From an uncultured beta proteobacterium (lineage in GTDB: Bacteria > Pseudomonadota > Gammaproteobacteria > Burkholderiales > Casimicrobiaceae), in contig CAWGKT010000015.1 of NCBI GenBank assembly GCA_963823215.1, positions 152,013 to 216,012 of the forward strand: a stretch of DNA of 64,000 nt, read 5' to 3'. The notes under the pieces are model-generated. The model did not search any database. It saw only the letters and a list, made by a program, of their open reading frames with translations, and was not told where the DNA came from. Positions 37,301 to 46,967 of the stretch are shown piece after piece; position 1 is the stretch's first letter; each line of letters begins with the position of its first letter. Position numbers and translations under genes: made by a program.

Positions 37301-37476
37301 TCGTCTGGCGCGACGTCGGCGACCGCCAGCGTCGCGAACTGCTCGGTGCAAAGCTGCTCGCGGTCTTCGGCAAGGTGGAGCGCGTGGGGCAGGTCGTCCA
37401 CCTGATCGCCGGGCGGCTCGCGGATCTCTCCCCGCTGCTGGGTGATTTGCAGACCCGCTCGCGAGATTTTCACTGA
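34310..37476 (+). pseudogene. dnaE2: Error-prone DNA polymerase DnaE2 (ImuC), split into two frames at the inserted palindromic element
   Basis: (M)[26 protein letters not shown] N-terminus (PHP domain). The frame changes between 35157 and ~35240; the second frame continues [33 protein letters not shown]...[10 protein letters not shown]...to 37476. Length is 3167 nt (3n+2). Confidence 0.85.
35157..35231. repeat. Palindromic element copy 5 (75 bp) inside dnaE2
   Basis: GGGGACAGACCACGTTTTCC GCGGAACTGACCGTGGCTTTGGGCGGAGGCGTAGT GGAAAACGTGGTCTGTCCCC, a perfect 20-bp stem. The flanks ATC/GAT extend the palindrome. It is open in both relevant frames. Confidence 0.9.
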
Positions 37477-37555
37477 CAGAGCCGTCACCGGCCGATTCTC
37501 GCCAACGGAAGCCCTGCGCTGTGTAAGATTCGCTCATCCGGTACGACGACACACA

Positions 37556-39031
37556 ATGGCCAGACCCGAATTCGACATCGTGGTGATCGGCGGCGGCGCC
37601 GGCGGGCTGGTGGTCGCCGCGGGCGGCGCCGCGCTCGGCGCCAAGGTCGCCGTCGTCGAAAAGCACAAGCTCGGCGGCGACTGCCTCTGGTACGGCTGCG
37701 TGCCGTCGAAGACGCTCCTCAAGTCGGCGCACCTTGCCCACGCGATGCGCCACGCCGACCGCTGGGCGCTCGCCCCCTCCGCTGCGCAGCCGGACCTCGC
37801 CAGAGTCATGGAGCGCGTCGCCGGCGTGATCAGGGGCATCGAGCCCCACGACAGTCCCGAGCGCTTTCGGGGACTGGGCGTCGACGTGATCTTCGGCAAC
37901 GGCCGGTTCGTGGGTCCGGATGCGTTCGAAGTCGACCGCCGCCGGCTCACCGCCAGGGCCTTCGTCATCGCCACCGGCTCGCGGCCCGCAGTGCCGCAGA
38001 TTCCCGGCCTGGACACGACGCCCTATCTCACCAACGAAACGCTGTTCGATCTGCGCGAGCCGGTGCCCTCGCTCATCGTCGTCGGCGCCGGACCGATCGG
38101 CAGCGAAATGGCGCAGGCCTTCCGTCGACTCGGCAGCGAGGTCACGGTGGTCGACATCGCGACGCAGATCCTGCCGCGCGAGGATCCGGACCTCGCCGCC
38201 GTCGTCTTCGCGGCGCTCGATGCCGAGGGTGTTCGCTTTCACCTCGGCGCGTCGATCGCGGGCATCGCCGGCCGGAAGGGCGACGTGCGCGTGAGCCTCC
38301 GCCTTGCAGACGGAACGTCGACGCAACTCGCGGGATCGCATCTGCTGCTGGCCGCCGGGCGCACGGCCAATGTCGACGACCTCGGCCTCGATGTCGCCGG
38401 CGTCGCGCTAGACAAGGGTCGCATCGTCGCCAACGGCGGACTGCGCACGACCAACCCGAACATCTACGCAATCGGCGATGCCGCCGGCGGCTACCAGTTC
38501 ACGCATCTCGCCGAGCACCACGCTGGCATCGTGCTGCGCCAGGCGCTGTTCCGGATGTGGTGGACGAAGCCATCGCCAGTCGTGCCCTGGTGCACGTTCA
38601 CCGACCCCGAGCTCGCGCGGGTAGGACTCTCCGAGACCGAGGCGAAACAGCGTGGCATCGCGCACCGCGTCTACCGGTTTGCGTTCGACGAGATCGACCG
38701 CGCGCGCGCCGAAAGCGAGACCGACGGGTTCGCCAAGATCGTCACCCACCCGAAGGGCAGGCTGCTGGGCGCCGCCATCGTCGGGCCGCATGCCGGCGAG
38801 CTGATCGCGGAATACGTGCTCGCGCTGTCGAAGGGGATGCACGCCAAGGACCTGACCGGGGTCATCCATACCTACCCGACGCTGGCGCAGATCAACCGTC
38901 GCGTCGCCGATCAACGCCTGAAGGAGGGGCTTACACCGACAGCGAAGACATGGATCCAGCGCATCTTCGGCCTCAGGGGAGCGCGCACCGCCGGGCCGAG
39001 CCATGGGGAACCCAATGAACGTGGCACCTGA
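37556..39031 (+). CDS. FAD-dependent pyridine nucleotide-disulfide oxidoreductase (dihydrolipoyl dehydrogenase / mercuric reductase-like)
   Basis: MARPEFDIVVIGGGAGG, redox-active GGDCLWYGCVPSK, a second dinucleotide fold LIVVGAGPIGSEMAQ, and a C-terminal dimerisation domain. Confidence 0.9.
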   Translation: MARPEFDIVVIGGGAGGLVVAAGGAALGAKVAVVEKHKLGGDCLWYGCVPSKTLLKSAHLAHAMRHADRWALAPSAAQPDLARVMERVAGVIRGIEPHDSPERFRGLGVDVIFGNGRFVGPDAFEVDRRRLTARAFVIATGSRPAVPQIPGLDTTPYLTNETLFDLREPVPSLIVVGAGPIGSEMAQAFRRLGSEVTVVDIATQILPREDPDLAAVVFAALDAEGVRFHLGASIAGIAGRKGDVRVSLRLADGTSTQLAGSHLLLAAGRTANVDDLGLDVAGVALDKGRIVANGGLRTTNPNIYAIGDAAGGYQFTHLAEHHAGIVLRQALFRMWWTKPSPVVPWCTFTDPELARVGLSETEAKQRGIAHRVYRFAFDEIDRARAESETDGFAKIVTHPKGRLLGAAIVGPHAGELIAEYVLALSKGMHAKDLTGVIHTYPTLAQINRRVADQRLKEGLTPTAKTWIQRIFGLRGARTAGPSHGEPNERGT

Positions 39032-39740
39032 ACCGCCACAGCAGACCTCGCGCGGCCATGGCGGAAAGATCGCGCTCCTCGGCGTCTTTGTGGTGGTCAT
39101 CGTCGCGTTCTTCGCGCTGGACGGCCAGCGGTATCTGAGCCTCGAAGCCGTCAAGGCGAATCGCGACGCGCTGCTCGCGTTCGCGGACGAGCGCTTCATC
39201 CTGGCGCTCGCGATCGCATTCTTCGCCTACGCGGGCGCCGTCGCCTTCAGCCTGCCCGGCGGGCTCGTGCTGTCGCTGACCATGGGCTTCCTCTTCGGCC
39301 GCTGGGTGGGCACCGTGCTAGCGGTGCTGGCGGCGACGCTCGGCGCGACCCTGGTGTTCCTGGCAGCGCGTTACCTGTTCGCCGACGCCGCGCGCCGGCG
39401 AATGGGTGCGCTCGGAGAGAAGATCAGTGCCGGATTCACGGAGAATGCGTTTCATTACCTGCTCTTCCTGCGCCTCGTCCCGCTCTTTCCGTTCTTTCTG
39501 GTGAATCTCGCCCCGGCATTCACAAACATAAGCCTGCGCACCTATGTGGCGGGAACCTTCATCGGCATCATCCCGGGGACGTTCGTCTACGTGAATCTCG
39601 GTCAGACACTGGGCCGCATCGATTCGCTGTCGGGGCTCGTCTCGACCGAGACCATCGGCGCTTTCGTGCTCCTGGGGCTCTTCGCGCTGGCACCCGTGTT
39701 CATCAAGAAGTTCCGCGCGGCGCGGTCGGCCAAGGCATGA
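39015..39740 (+). CDS. TVP38/TMEM64 (DedA-related, SNARE-associated) membrane protein
   Basis: Multi-TM protein with FHYLLFLRLVPLFPFFLVNLAPAFTNISLRTYVAGTFIGIIPGTFVYVNLG. It overlaps the upstream oxidoreductase by 17 nt. Confidence 0.85.
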   Translation: MNVAPEPPQQTSRGHGGKIALLGVFVVVIVAFFALDGQRYLSLEAVKANRDALLAFADERFILALAIAFFAYAGAVAFSLPGGLVLSLTMGFLFGRWVGTVLAVLAATLGATLVFLAARYLFADAARRRMGALGEKISAGFTENAFHYLLFLRLVPLFPFFLVNLAPAFTNISLRTYVAGTFIGIIPGTFVYVNLGQTLGRIDSLSGLVSTETIGAFVLLGLFALAPVFIKKFRAARSAKA

Positions 39741-39858
39741 TCCGCCGCTTCGCAATCGCCGCCGCCGGCACCGTCGCGCTATGCGGCCGGACCGGCAACA
39801 GCTTCGCCGCCGAGGCGATATACTTCGCCGTCAATCACGCCTAGGGTCTGTTCAAGCC

Positions 39859-40821
39859 ATGCACGCGACACTTCCCCTGCTTAAGGCGACCGACTTTCCG
39901 CCGGTGACGCGCGGCGCGCTCGACACGCTGCAGGTCAACCTCGGCTACAGGTGCAACCAGGCCTGCCTCCATTGCCACGTCAACGCGAGCCCCGACCGCA
40001 AGGAGATGATGGCGAAGGAGACGATCGACCAGATTCTCGCCGTGCTGTCGGTGCGGGGCATCGGCACCCTCGACGTCACCGGCGGCGCGCCGGAGTTGAA
40101 CCCGCATTTCCGGTTTCTCGTCCGTGGCGCGCGCGCCGCCGGCGTGCGCGTGATCGACCGTTGCAACCTGACCGTCATCAATGAACCGGGCTTCGAGGAT
40201 CTCGCCGACTTCATGGCGCGTGAAGGCGTCGAGATCGTCGCCTCGCTGCCGTGCTACACGAAGGAGAACGTCGACCGGCAGCGCGGCGACCACGTGTTCG
40301 AGTCGTCGATCCTCGCCCTGCAGAAGCTCAACGCGCTCGGCTACGGCCGTCCCGATACCGGGCTCGTGCTCAACCTCGTCTACAACCCGCTGGGGCCGAG
40401 CCTGCCGCCGGCACAGGATCGGCTCGAGGCGACGTACAAGCGCGAGCTCGCGGCGCATTTCGGCATCGTGTTCAACCGCCTCTACACGCTCGCCAACATG
40501 CCGATCGCGCGCTTCGGCTCGACGCTGGTCTCGCAGGGCAAGTTCGCCGAGTACATGCACCTCTTGCGCGGCGCGCACAATCCGGACAACCTCGACGGCG
40601 TCATGTGCCGGTCGCTGGTCTCGGTCGACTACCGCGGCTACCTCCACGACTGCGATTTCAACCAGATGCTGGGCATACCGATGATCGTCGCCGGCAAGCC
40701 GCGGCGCCACGTCACCGATCTCATGGCGATGACGCTCGAGGGCGCGCCGGTCGCAGTGGCTGATCACTGCTACGGCTGCACGGCGGGACAGGGATCGAGC
40801 TGCGGCGGCGCGCTGGCCTAG
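39859..40821 (+). CDS. Radical SAM/Cys-rich domain protein (ArsS-like; TIGR04167-type as I recall it)
   Basis: LQVNLGYRCNQACLHCHV (CxxxCxxC) and GAPELNP. The C-terminal Cys-rich tail is MCRSLVSVDYRGYLHDCDFNQ...DHCYGCTAGQGSSCGG. Confidence 0.8.
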   Translation: MHATLPLLKATDFPPVTRGALDTLQVNLGYRCNQACLHCHVNASPDRKEMMAKETIDQILAVLSVRGIGTLDVTGGAPELNPHFRFLVRGARAAGVRVIDRCNLTVINEPGFEDLADFMAREGVEIVASLPCYTKENVDRQRGDHVFESSILALQKLNALGYGRPDTGLVLNLVYNPLGPSLPPAQDRLEATYKRELAAHFGIVFNRLYTLANMPIARFGSTLVSQGKFAEYMHLLRGAHNPDNLDGVMCRSLVSVDYRGYLHDCDFNQMLGIPMIVAGKPRRHVTDLMAMTLEGAPVAVADHCYGCTAGQGSSCGGALA

Positions 40822-40859
40822 ACCCCATCCTGGAAACTGCTGCTCGCGACGTTGTCGAA

Positions 40860-41590
40860 ATGGGTTCCGGTCGTCCGGACCCCGACGCGAAGGAGCGGAC
40901 CGGCCCGGCGTTCGTGCGCGTTTCGATCATCGTTCCGGCGCTGGACGAGGCGCGCGCGTATCGTCGGCACGCTCGTCGCGCTGCAGCCATGGCGGGCCGC
41001 CGGCCACGAGGTCATCGTGGTGGACGGCGGAAGCCTCGACGCGACCGTCGCGCTTGCAACGCCGCTGGCGGACCGCGTCTGCGTTGCGCCAAGGGGCCGC
41101 GCGCGGCAGATGAACGCCGGCGCGGCCATGGCCGCAGGCGACATCCTGCTCTTCCTGCATGCCGATTCGCGCCTGCCCGCCGACGGCGTGGCGACGCTGT
41201 CGCGCGAGCTGGGCAGATCGGGCCGTCGCTGGGGGCGCTTCGACGTGGCAATCGCCGGACGCGCCCGCGCGCTGCGCTGCGTCGAGGCACTCATGAACCT
41301 GCGCTCGCGCGCCACGGGCATCGCGACCGGCGACCAGGCGATCTTCGTCGAGCGCGCGCTGTTCCGGGAGGTCGGCGGATATCCCGACCAGCCGCTGATG
41401 GAGGACATCGAGATGTCGCGGCGCCTGAAGCGCGCCGCCGGCTCGCCGCTTTGCCTGCGGCAGCGGGTCGTCACGTCGGCGCGCCGCTGGGAGCGGCACG
41501 GGCCCTGGCGGACCGTGATCGCGATGTGGCGGTGGCGCTTCGCGTACTGGCGCGGCGCGCAACCGGCCGACCTCGCGGCCGAGTACGGTG
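40860..41590 (+). pseudogene. Family-2 glycosyltransferase (rSAM-associated transferase 2 type), apparent frameshift ~40955; 3' end unclear
   Basis: VRVSIIVPALDEARA, then a shift to IVGTLVALQPWRAAGHEVIVVDGGSLDATV...ILLFLHADSRLP...TGDQAIFVER...EDIEMSRRL. The frame then stays open across the next gene, so the stop cannot be placed. Confidence 0.65.
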
Positions 41591-42247
41591 CGGCTGCGCG
41601 CGCCGTCGCGGGTGACCCTGCAGGTCTTCGCCAAGAACCCGATCCCCGGAACCGTCAAGACCCGGCTCGCGGACGCCATTGGCGCCGACGAAGCCGCGGC
41701 GCTCTATGTTCGCCTGGTCGAGCGCACGCTTGCGACCGCAGTCGCCGCGCGCGCGGGCGGCATCGTCGATCGCGTCGAGCTCTGGTGCGCGCCGGATGCC
41801 GACGCGCCGGCGTTCAGCGCGTGGCGCGAGCAGTACGACGTCGAGCTGAAGGCGCAAACCGGCGACGACCTCGGCGCGAAAATGCGCAACGCGCTGTTCG
41901 AAGCCGTCGCCGGCGGATCCCGGGCCTTTCTGATCGGCACCGATTGCCCGGCGTACGATATTTCCTATCTTGCGCAAGCCGTCGCCGCCCTCGATGGGCA
42001 CGCAGCGGTGTTCGGCCCCGCCGAAGATGGCGGTTACGTGCTGGTCGGCCTGGCGCGCGCCATCGACGCGTTTTCGGGCATTCCTTGGAGCTCGGCGGAA
42101 ACCATGGCGGCCACCCGCGCGAAACTGCGGGCTGCGGGCGCAAGCTGGCACGAGTTGCCGACGCTCTGGGATGTCGACGCGCCGTTGGATCTCGCCCGCT
42201 GGCAGGCGCTCACGGCTTCGCCTGCGCACACTTCGGCTCCACGGTGA
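41588..42247 (+). CDS. DUF2064-family (rSAM-associated transferase 1 type) protein
   Basis: GTG start. LQVFAKNPIPGTVKTRLADAIGADEAAALY...AFLIGTDCP...VFGPAEDGGYVLVGL. Confidence 0.8.
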   Translation: MRLRAPSRVTLQVFAKNPIPGTVKTRLADAIGADEAAALYVRLVERTLATAVAARAGGIVDRVELWCAPDADAPAFSAWREQYDVELKAQTGDDLGAKMRNALFEAVAGGSRAFLIGTDCPAYDISYLAQAVAALDGHAAVFGPAEDGGYVLVGLARAIDAFSGIPWSSAETMAATRAKLRAAGASWHELPTLWDVDAPLDLARWQALTASPAHTSAPR

Positions 42248-42320
42248 GCGCGCACCGGGCGCCTCGCGCGGGGGAGTTGGTCGACTGTCGTTGGACACGC
42301 AGTACGTCGACCGAGGCTCC

Positions 42321-43334
42321 CTACGACGTCGCGCACGCGGCCGTCGGCACCCGATCGCGCTTGGCGCCGGCGATCGTCGCACCGGTCGGAACGGCGACGC
42401 CGTTCTTCACCGCGGTGACCTCGGCCAGTATCGAGACCGCGATCTCCGGCGGTGTGCGGCTGCCGATGTAGAGGCCGATCGGCCCGTGCAGCCGCGCGAT
42501 CTCGGCGTCCGAAAGCTCGAGCTCCTTCAGCCGTATCCGTCGCTTGGCGTCGTTCGCCCGCGAGCCCAGCGCGCCAACGTAGAACGCCGGCGACTTCAAC
42601 GCCTCGAGCAGCGCCATGTCGTCGAGCTTGGGGTCGTGCGTCAGCGCGATGACGGCGCAGCGCTCGTCGGGCTGCATCGCGACGACGGTGTCGTCAGGCA
42701 TCGTCGTCACCAGCGGCGCGCCGGCGACGTCCCAGGTTTCCCCGTATTCGGATCGGGGATCACAGACCGTGACCTGATAGTCGAGGCCGAGCGCCATCTG
42801 CGCCAGGTACTTCGACAGCTGCGACGCGCCGATCACGAGCATCCGGTAGCGCGGGCCGTGAATCGTGGTCAGCACCTTCCCGTCGCACGCGAGCCCGTCG
42901 GTCGCATTGGCCCGGACCAGCGTCGCGGCGCCGGTCGCAAGGTCGAGCCGGCGCGCCACGAGCCGCCGCGCCTCGATTTCGCCGACGAGCGCGCGAATTC
43001 CCGATGCACGCGTCAACGGCTCGACGACGAGCTGGATCGTGCCGCCGCAGGGGAGCCCGAAGCGGCGCGCCTCGTCGGCGGACACGCCATAGGTGACGAC
43101 GTCGCACTTCGTCGCCGTGATCCCGTCGGCGCGGATGCGCCCGACGATGTCGTCCTCGACGCAGCCGCCGGAAACCGAGCCCACGACGAGCCCGTCGTCG
43201 CGCACCGCCAGCATCGCTCCCGGCGGACGCGGCGAGCTGCCCCAGGTCTTGACGACGGTGACGAGCAGCGCCCCGCGCCCGGCATCGAGCCAGTCCGCGC
43301 TGCGCTTCAGTACTTCCAGGTCGACGCTGTCCAT
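42321..43334 (-). CDS. XdhC/CoxI-family molybdoenzyme maturation factor
   Basis: MDSVDLEVLKRSADWLDAGRGALLVTVVKTWGSSPRPPGAMLAV...GSVSGGCVEDD and a Rossmann-like C-domain MLVIGASQLSKYLAQMA...HDPKLDD. Confidence 0.85.
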   Translation of the reverse strand: MDSVDLEVLKRSADWLDAGRGALLVTVVKTWGSSPRPPGAMLAVRDDGLVVGSVSGGCVEDDIVGRIRADGITATKCDVVTYGVSADEARRFGLPCGGTIQLVVEPLTRASGIRALVGEIEARRLVARRLDLATGAATLVRANATDGLACDGKVLTTIHGPRYRMLVIGASQLSKYLAQMALGLDYQVTVCDPRSEYGETWDVAGAPLVTTMPDDTVVAMQPDERCAVIALTHDPKLDDMALLEALKSPAFYVGALGSRANDAKRRIRLKELELSDAEIARLHGPIGLYIGSRTPPEIAVSILAEVTAVKNGVAVPTGATIAGAKRDRVPTAACATS

Positions 43335-44602
43335 GACTGCTCCCGCTCCTTCCCGCGCTCGCCGAGCGCCTGCCCCCGGCGCCGCGCCGATCCCGCTGCG
43401 CGTGGCCGGAGCCTCCAGCGCCCGTGCGAGCTGCACGAGGCTGTCGAGATTATGCACCGGCAGGAATTCGTCGACATGCGGGAGCATGGCCCGGATGCCG
43501 GCTGGGCGCGGCTCGAACCCCTCGTAGCGCAGCAGCGGATTGAGCCACACCAGCCGCCGGCACGACTTGTGCAGTCGTTCCATCTGCACGCCGAGCCCGT
43601 CGCCCGCCTCGGCGTCCAGCCCGTCGCTGATCAGCAGCACGACGGCATTCTGCCCGAGGAGCCGCCGCGACCAGCGTCGATTGAACTCTTCGAGGCAGGC
43701 GCCGATCCGGGTGCCGCCGGCCCAGTCGGGCACGGCGCTGCGCACGCGGGCAAGCGCCACGTCGACGTCGCGATGCCGCAGATGACGCGTGATGTTCGTG
43801 AGCCGCGTTCCGAACAGCAGCACGTGGATGCGGTCGCGATCGCCGGTGATCGCATGCAGGAAGTGGAGCAGCATCCGCGCGTAGCGGTCCATCGAGCCCG
43901 AGATGTCGCAGAGGATGACGAGCGGCGGCGTGCGCCGCCCGCGCCTGCGCCAGCGCAGCGGCGACACCGTGCCCGCCGCGCCGGTCGCCCGGCGCAGCGT
44001 CGCGCGCAGATCGACGCGCTGCCCGCGCGCGGCCGCCACTGTGCGGCGCGTCGGCAGCTCCGGCAGCGGCAGCCGGAGCGCGCCGAGCATCGTCTTCACC
44101 GCGGCGAGCTCGTCGGCCGTCATCGTCTCGAAATCCTTGTGCTGCAGCACTTCGCGCGGCGAGAACGTGAACGCCGGCTCGTGGTCGGTGCCCGCCTGCC
44201 GCCTTTCGCTCCGGCAGCGAGGGTGCCGGCAGCATTGCCTGGGCGATGCGCGCGGCGAATTCCTGCTCCGGATCGTGTTCGCCCGCAACCTCGCCCGCGG
44301 GCGCGAACGACGCCAGCAGCGCGTTGCAGCAGGCGCGGGTCCTGCCAGAAGAGGTCGAACGCCTGCTCGAAGACCGGCAGGTGCTCGTAGCGCGAGACCA
44401 GGACGGCCGCGAGCGCGGCGCGGAAGTCCTCCCGCTCGGCGATGCCGACGGCGACGGCCGCTTCCTGCGCGGCGAGCGTGTGCGCGGTGCCGACCGGCAA
44501 GCCCGCCGCTCGCAGCACGCGCACGAAATGGACGATGTTCTCGGCAACGCGGCCCGACGGCGCGACCGCCAACGGCACCGGCCGGCGGCATCGTTCCGGC
44601 AT
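43335..44602 (-). pseudogene. vWA-domain protein (CoxE-like), about 2 frameshifts, no in-frame stop before xdhC
   Basis: AENIVHFVRVLRAAGLPVGTAHTL..., then a shift (~44325), a shift (~44195) and ...PLVILCDISGSMDRYARMLLHFLHAI...VVLLISDGLD...VWLNPLL. The last frame runs without a stop into the XdhC ORF. Confidence 0.7.
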
Positions 44603-44614
44603 ACGTTGGCGCCG

Positions 44615-45585
44615 TCACGCGTGACCCGCGGCGCGCGCCTCGTCGAGGAGCTTCGCCACGACCTCCGGCCCGAGCGCGCCGATGTCGTCCTGATACTTCA
44701 GCAGCACGCCGGCGGTGTCGGCAATGGCCTGCGGGTCGAGCGCGACCCGGTCGAGCAGCGATCAATGCCTCCGCCCAGTCCAGCGTCTCGGCGATTCCCG
44801 GCGCCTTGAAGAGGTCCAGCGCGCGCACGCGCTGCGTGAAGGCGACGATCTCGCGCGCCAGCGCTTCCGGCACGCCCGGGCATTTGCGGCGCACGATCGC
44901 GAGCTCGCGCTCCGCGTCGGGGTAGCCGAGCCACTGGTAGAGACAGCGGCGCTTGATCGCGTCGTGGATCTCGCGCGTGCGGTTCGAAGTGATGACGACG
45001 ATTGGCGGCACCGTCGCGACGATCGCGCCCCAGCTCCGGAATGGTGACCTGAAAGTCGGCGAGGACCTCGAGCAGGTAGGCCTCGAACGGCTCGTCGGCG
45101 CGGTCGAGCTCGTCGATCAGCAGCACCGGCGGCACGCCGTCCTCCGGCGCGAGCGCCTCGAGGATCGGGCGCTTCAGCAGAAAGCGCGGCGTGAAGATGT
45201 CGTGCGCCAGCGCTTCGCGGTCGAGCTGCCCGGCCGACTCGGCGAGCCGGATCTCGATCATCTGGCGCGGATAGTTCCATTCGTAGACGGCCGACGCGAC
45301 GTCGAGGCCCTCGTAGCACTGCAGCCGCACCAGCCGCTTGCCGAGGGCCGTCGCGAGCACCTTGGCGATCTCGGTCTTGCCGACGCCCGCCTCGCCTTCG
45401 AGGAACAGCGGCCGCCGCATCGTCAGCGCCAGGAAGACGCTCGTCGCAAGGCGGCGGTCGGCGAAGTAATCGTGGGTGTCGAGCAGCGCGACGACGGCGT
45501 CGACGCTGGCGGGCAGCGGGGTTGGGGACACGAATGAGGGCCTGTTCGGATTAGGGCGGCGTCGGGCGATGCCCCGCGACAGCAT
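44615..45585 (-). pseudogene. MoxR-type AAA+ ATPase (CoxD-like), about 2 frameshifts
   Basis: PLFLEGEAGVGKTEIAKVLA...VLLIDELDRADEPFEAYLLEVLADFQVTIPELG, then a shift (~45010) to PPIVVITSNRTREIHDAIKRRC...GIAETLDWAEALIA, then a shift (~44755) to LDRVALDPQAIADTAGVLLKYQDDI...stop at 44615. Confidence 0.7.
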
Positions 45586-45731
45586 AGCAAGAACGACGTG
45601 CCTCCGGTGCCCGCGCGTCGAAAGTACAGTCTTGAACACCCTTCGGAGTTACTCGTGCTTTTCCGGTTTGTTTTCGCGCTTGCTTGGGATAAAGTGAGTG
45701 CCGCGATGGGTGACAGAAGGAGGCGGCGGAG

Positions 45732-46967
45732 ATGAAATACGTGCTCATTGGCGCCGGACCCGCCGGTGTGAGAGCCGCCGAAACACTGCGCGAGGAGGAC
45801 TCGGGCGCGTCGATCACGCTGGTCAGCGGCGAACGCGGCGAGCCGTACGCTCGCATGGCGATCCCGTATATCCTGACCGGGCGCATCACCGAGGAAGGCG
45901 CGCGTCAGCGCAAGACGGTCGGCCACTTCGAAAACCTCGGCATCCGTTATCTCAACAACAAGGCGATGCAGGTGCACGCCGGTGCCGACGGCGGCACCGT
46001 CGATCTCGATGACGGTTCGCGACTCGAGTACGACCGCTTGCTGGTGGCGACGGGTTCATCGCCGACGCTACCGCCGATCGGCGGCACCGACCTCGACGGA
46101 GTCGTCACCTGCTGGACACTCGAAGATGCGCGTGCGATCGCCGCCAAGCTCAAGCCCGGCGCCAGGGTCGTCATGGTGGGGGCGGGTTTCGTTGCCGGCG
46201 TCTGCATGAAGTCGCTCGTCGAAAGCGGCGTGCATCTGTCGGTCATCGCGGGGCGCGCGGGCCAGATCCTGCGCTCGATGATGACGCCGGTTGGCAGCCG
46301 CATACTGCAGCGCTGGCTCGAAAACAACGGCGTCAACGTCATCACCAAGGGACGGATCGAACGAATTGATCCGGGTCCGCGACTGGTAATGGACACGCAA
46401 GTGCTCGACGCGGATCTCATCATCCTCGCGACGGGCGTGCGCTCCAACGTTTCCTTCCTCGAAGGCACGGGCGCCGAAATCGATCAGGGCATAGTGATCA
46501 ATGATCGCATGCAGACGACGGTGCCGCACGTGTATGCGGCGGGGGACGTCGCTCAGGGTCGCGACTTCTCGACGGGCGAATGGGTCGTCCATGCGCTGCA
46601 GCCCACTGCCACCGAACACGGTCGGATCGCCGCGCTCAACATGGCGGGCAAGGACGTGCCGTATCGCGGCAGTCTCAGCATGAACGTGCTCGATACGGTT
46701 GGGTTGATTTCAGAGACGTTCGGGCTGTGGCAGGGAGTCGAGGGCGGCGAAAACGTCGAAAACGTCAACGAGGAGCGTTTTCTCTACACGCGCTTGTGCT
46801 TCGACGGCGACATCCTGGTCGGGGCAATCAGCATTGGCCCGAACCGGAGCGTAGGTGCGATCCGCGGGTTGATCCAGACGCGCCGTAAGCTCGGCGCGTG
46901 GAAGCAGAAGCTGCTGAAGGACCCGCAACTCGTGATGGACGCCTTCGTCGACATCGGGAACGCCTGA
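45732..46967 (+). CDS. NAD(P)/FAD-dependent oxidoreductase
   Basis: MKYVLIGAGPAGVRAAE, VVMVGAGFVAGV, VYAAGDVAQG. GGAGG Shine-Dalgarno. Confidence 0.85.
   Translation: MKYVLIGAGPAGVRAAETLREEDSGASITLVSGERGEPYARMAIPYILTGRITEEGARQRKTVGHFENLGIRYLNNKAMQVHAGADGGTVDLDDGSRLEYDRLLVATGSSPTLPPIGGTDLDGVVTCWTLEDARAIAAKLKPGARVVMVGAGFVAGVCMKSLVESGVHLSVIAGRAGQILRSMMTPVGSRILQRWLENNGVNVITKGRIERIDPGPRLVMDTQVLDADLIILATGVRSNVSFLEGTGAEIDQGIVINDRMQTTVPHVYAAGDVAQGRDFSTGEWVVHALQPTATEHGRIAALNMAGKDVPYRGSLSMNVLDTVGLISETFGLWQGVEGGENVENVNEERFLYTRLCFDGDILVGAISIGPNRSVGAIRGLIQTRRKLGAWKQKLLKDPQLVMDAFVDIGNA

Noticed and set aside
35065-37488. Very long antisense or alternative-frame ORFs. Examples: 35065..37488(-) 807 aa, 41970..44390(+) 806 aa, 19156..20934(+) 592 aa, 250..1239(-), 8449..9270(-), 15230..16135(+), 47179..48129(-), 54721..56007(-).
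   Set aside because: All lie opposite to, or out of frame with, genes that have clear family signatures. Their Arg/Ala/Gly/Pro-rich translations are the usual stop-poor shadow frames of high-GC DNA.
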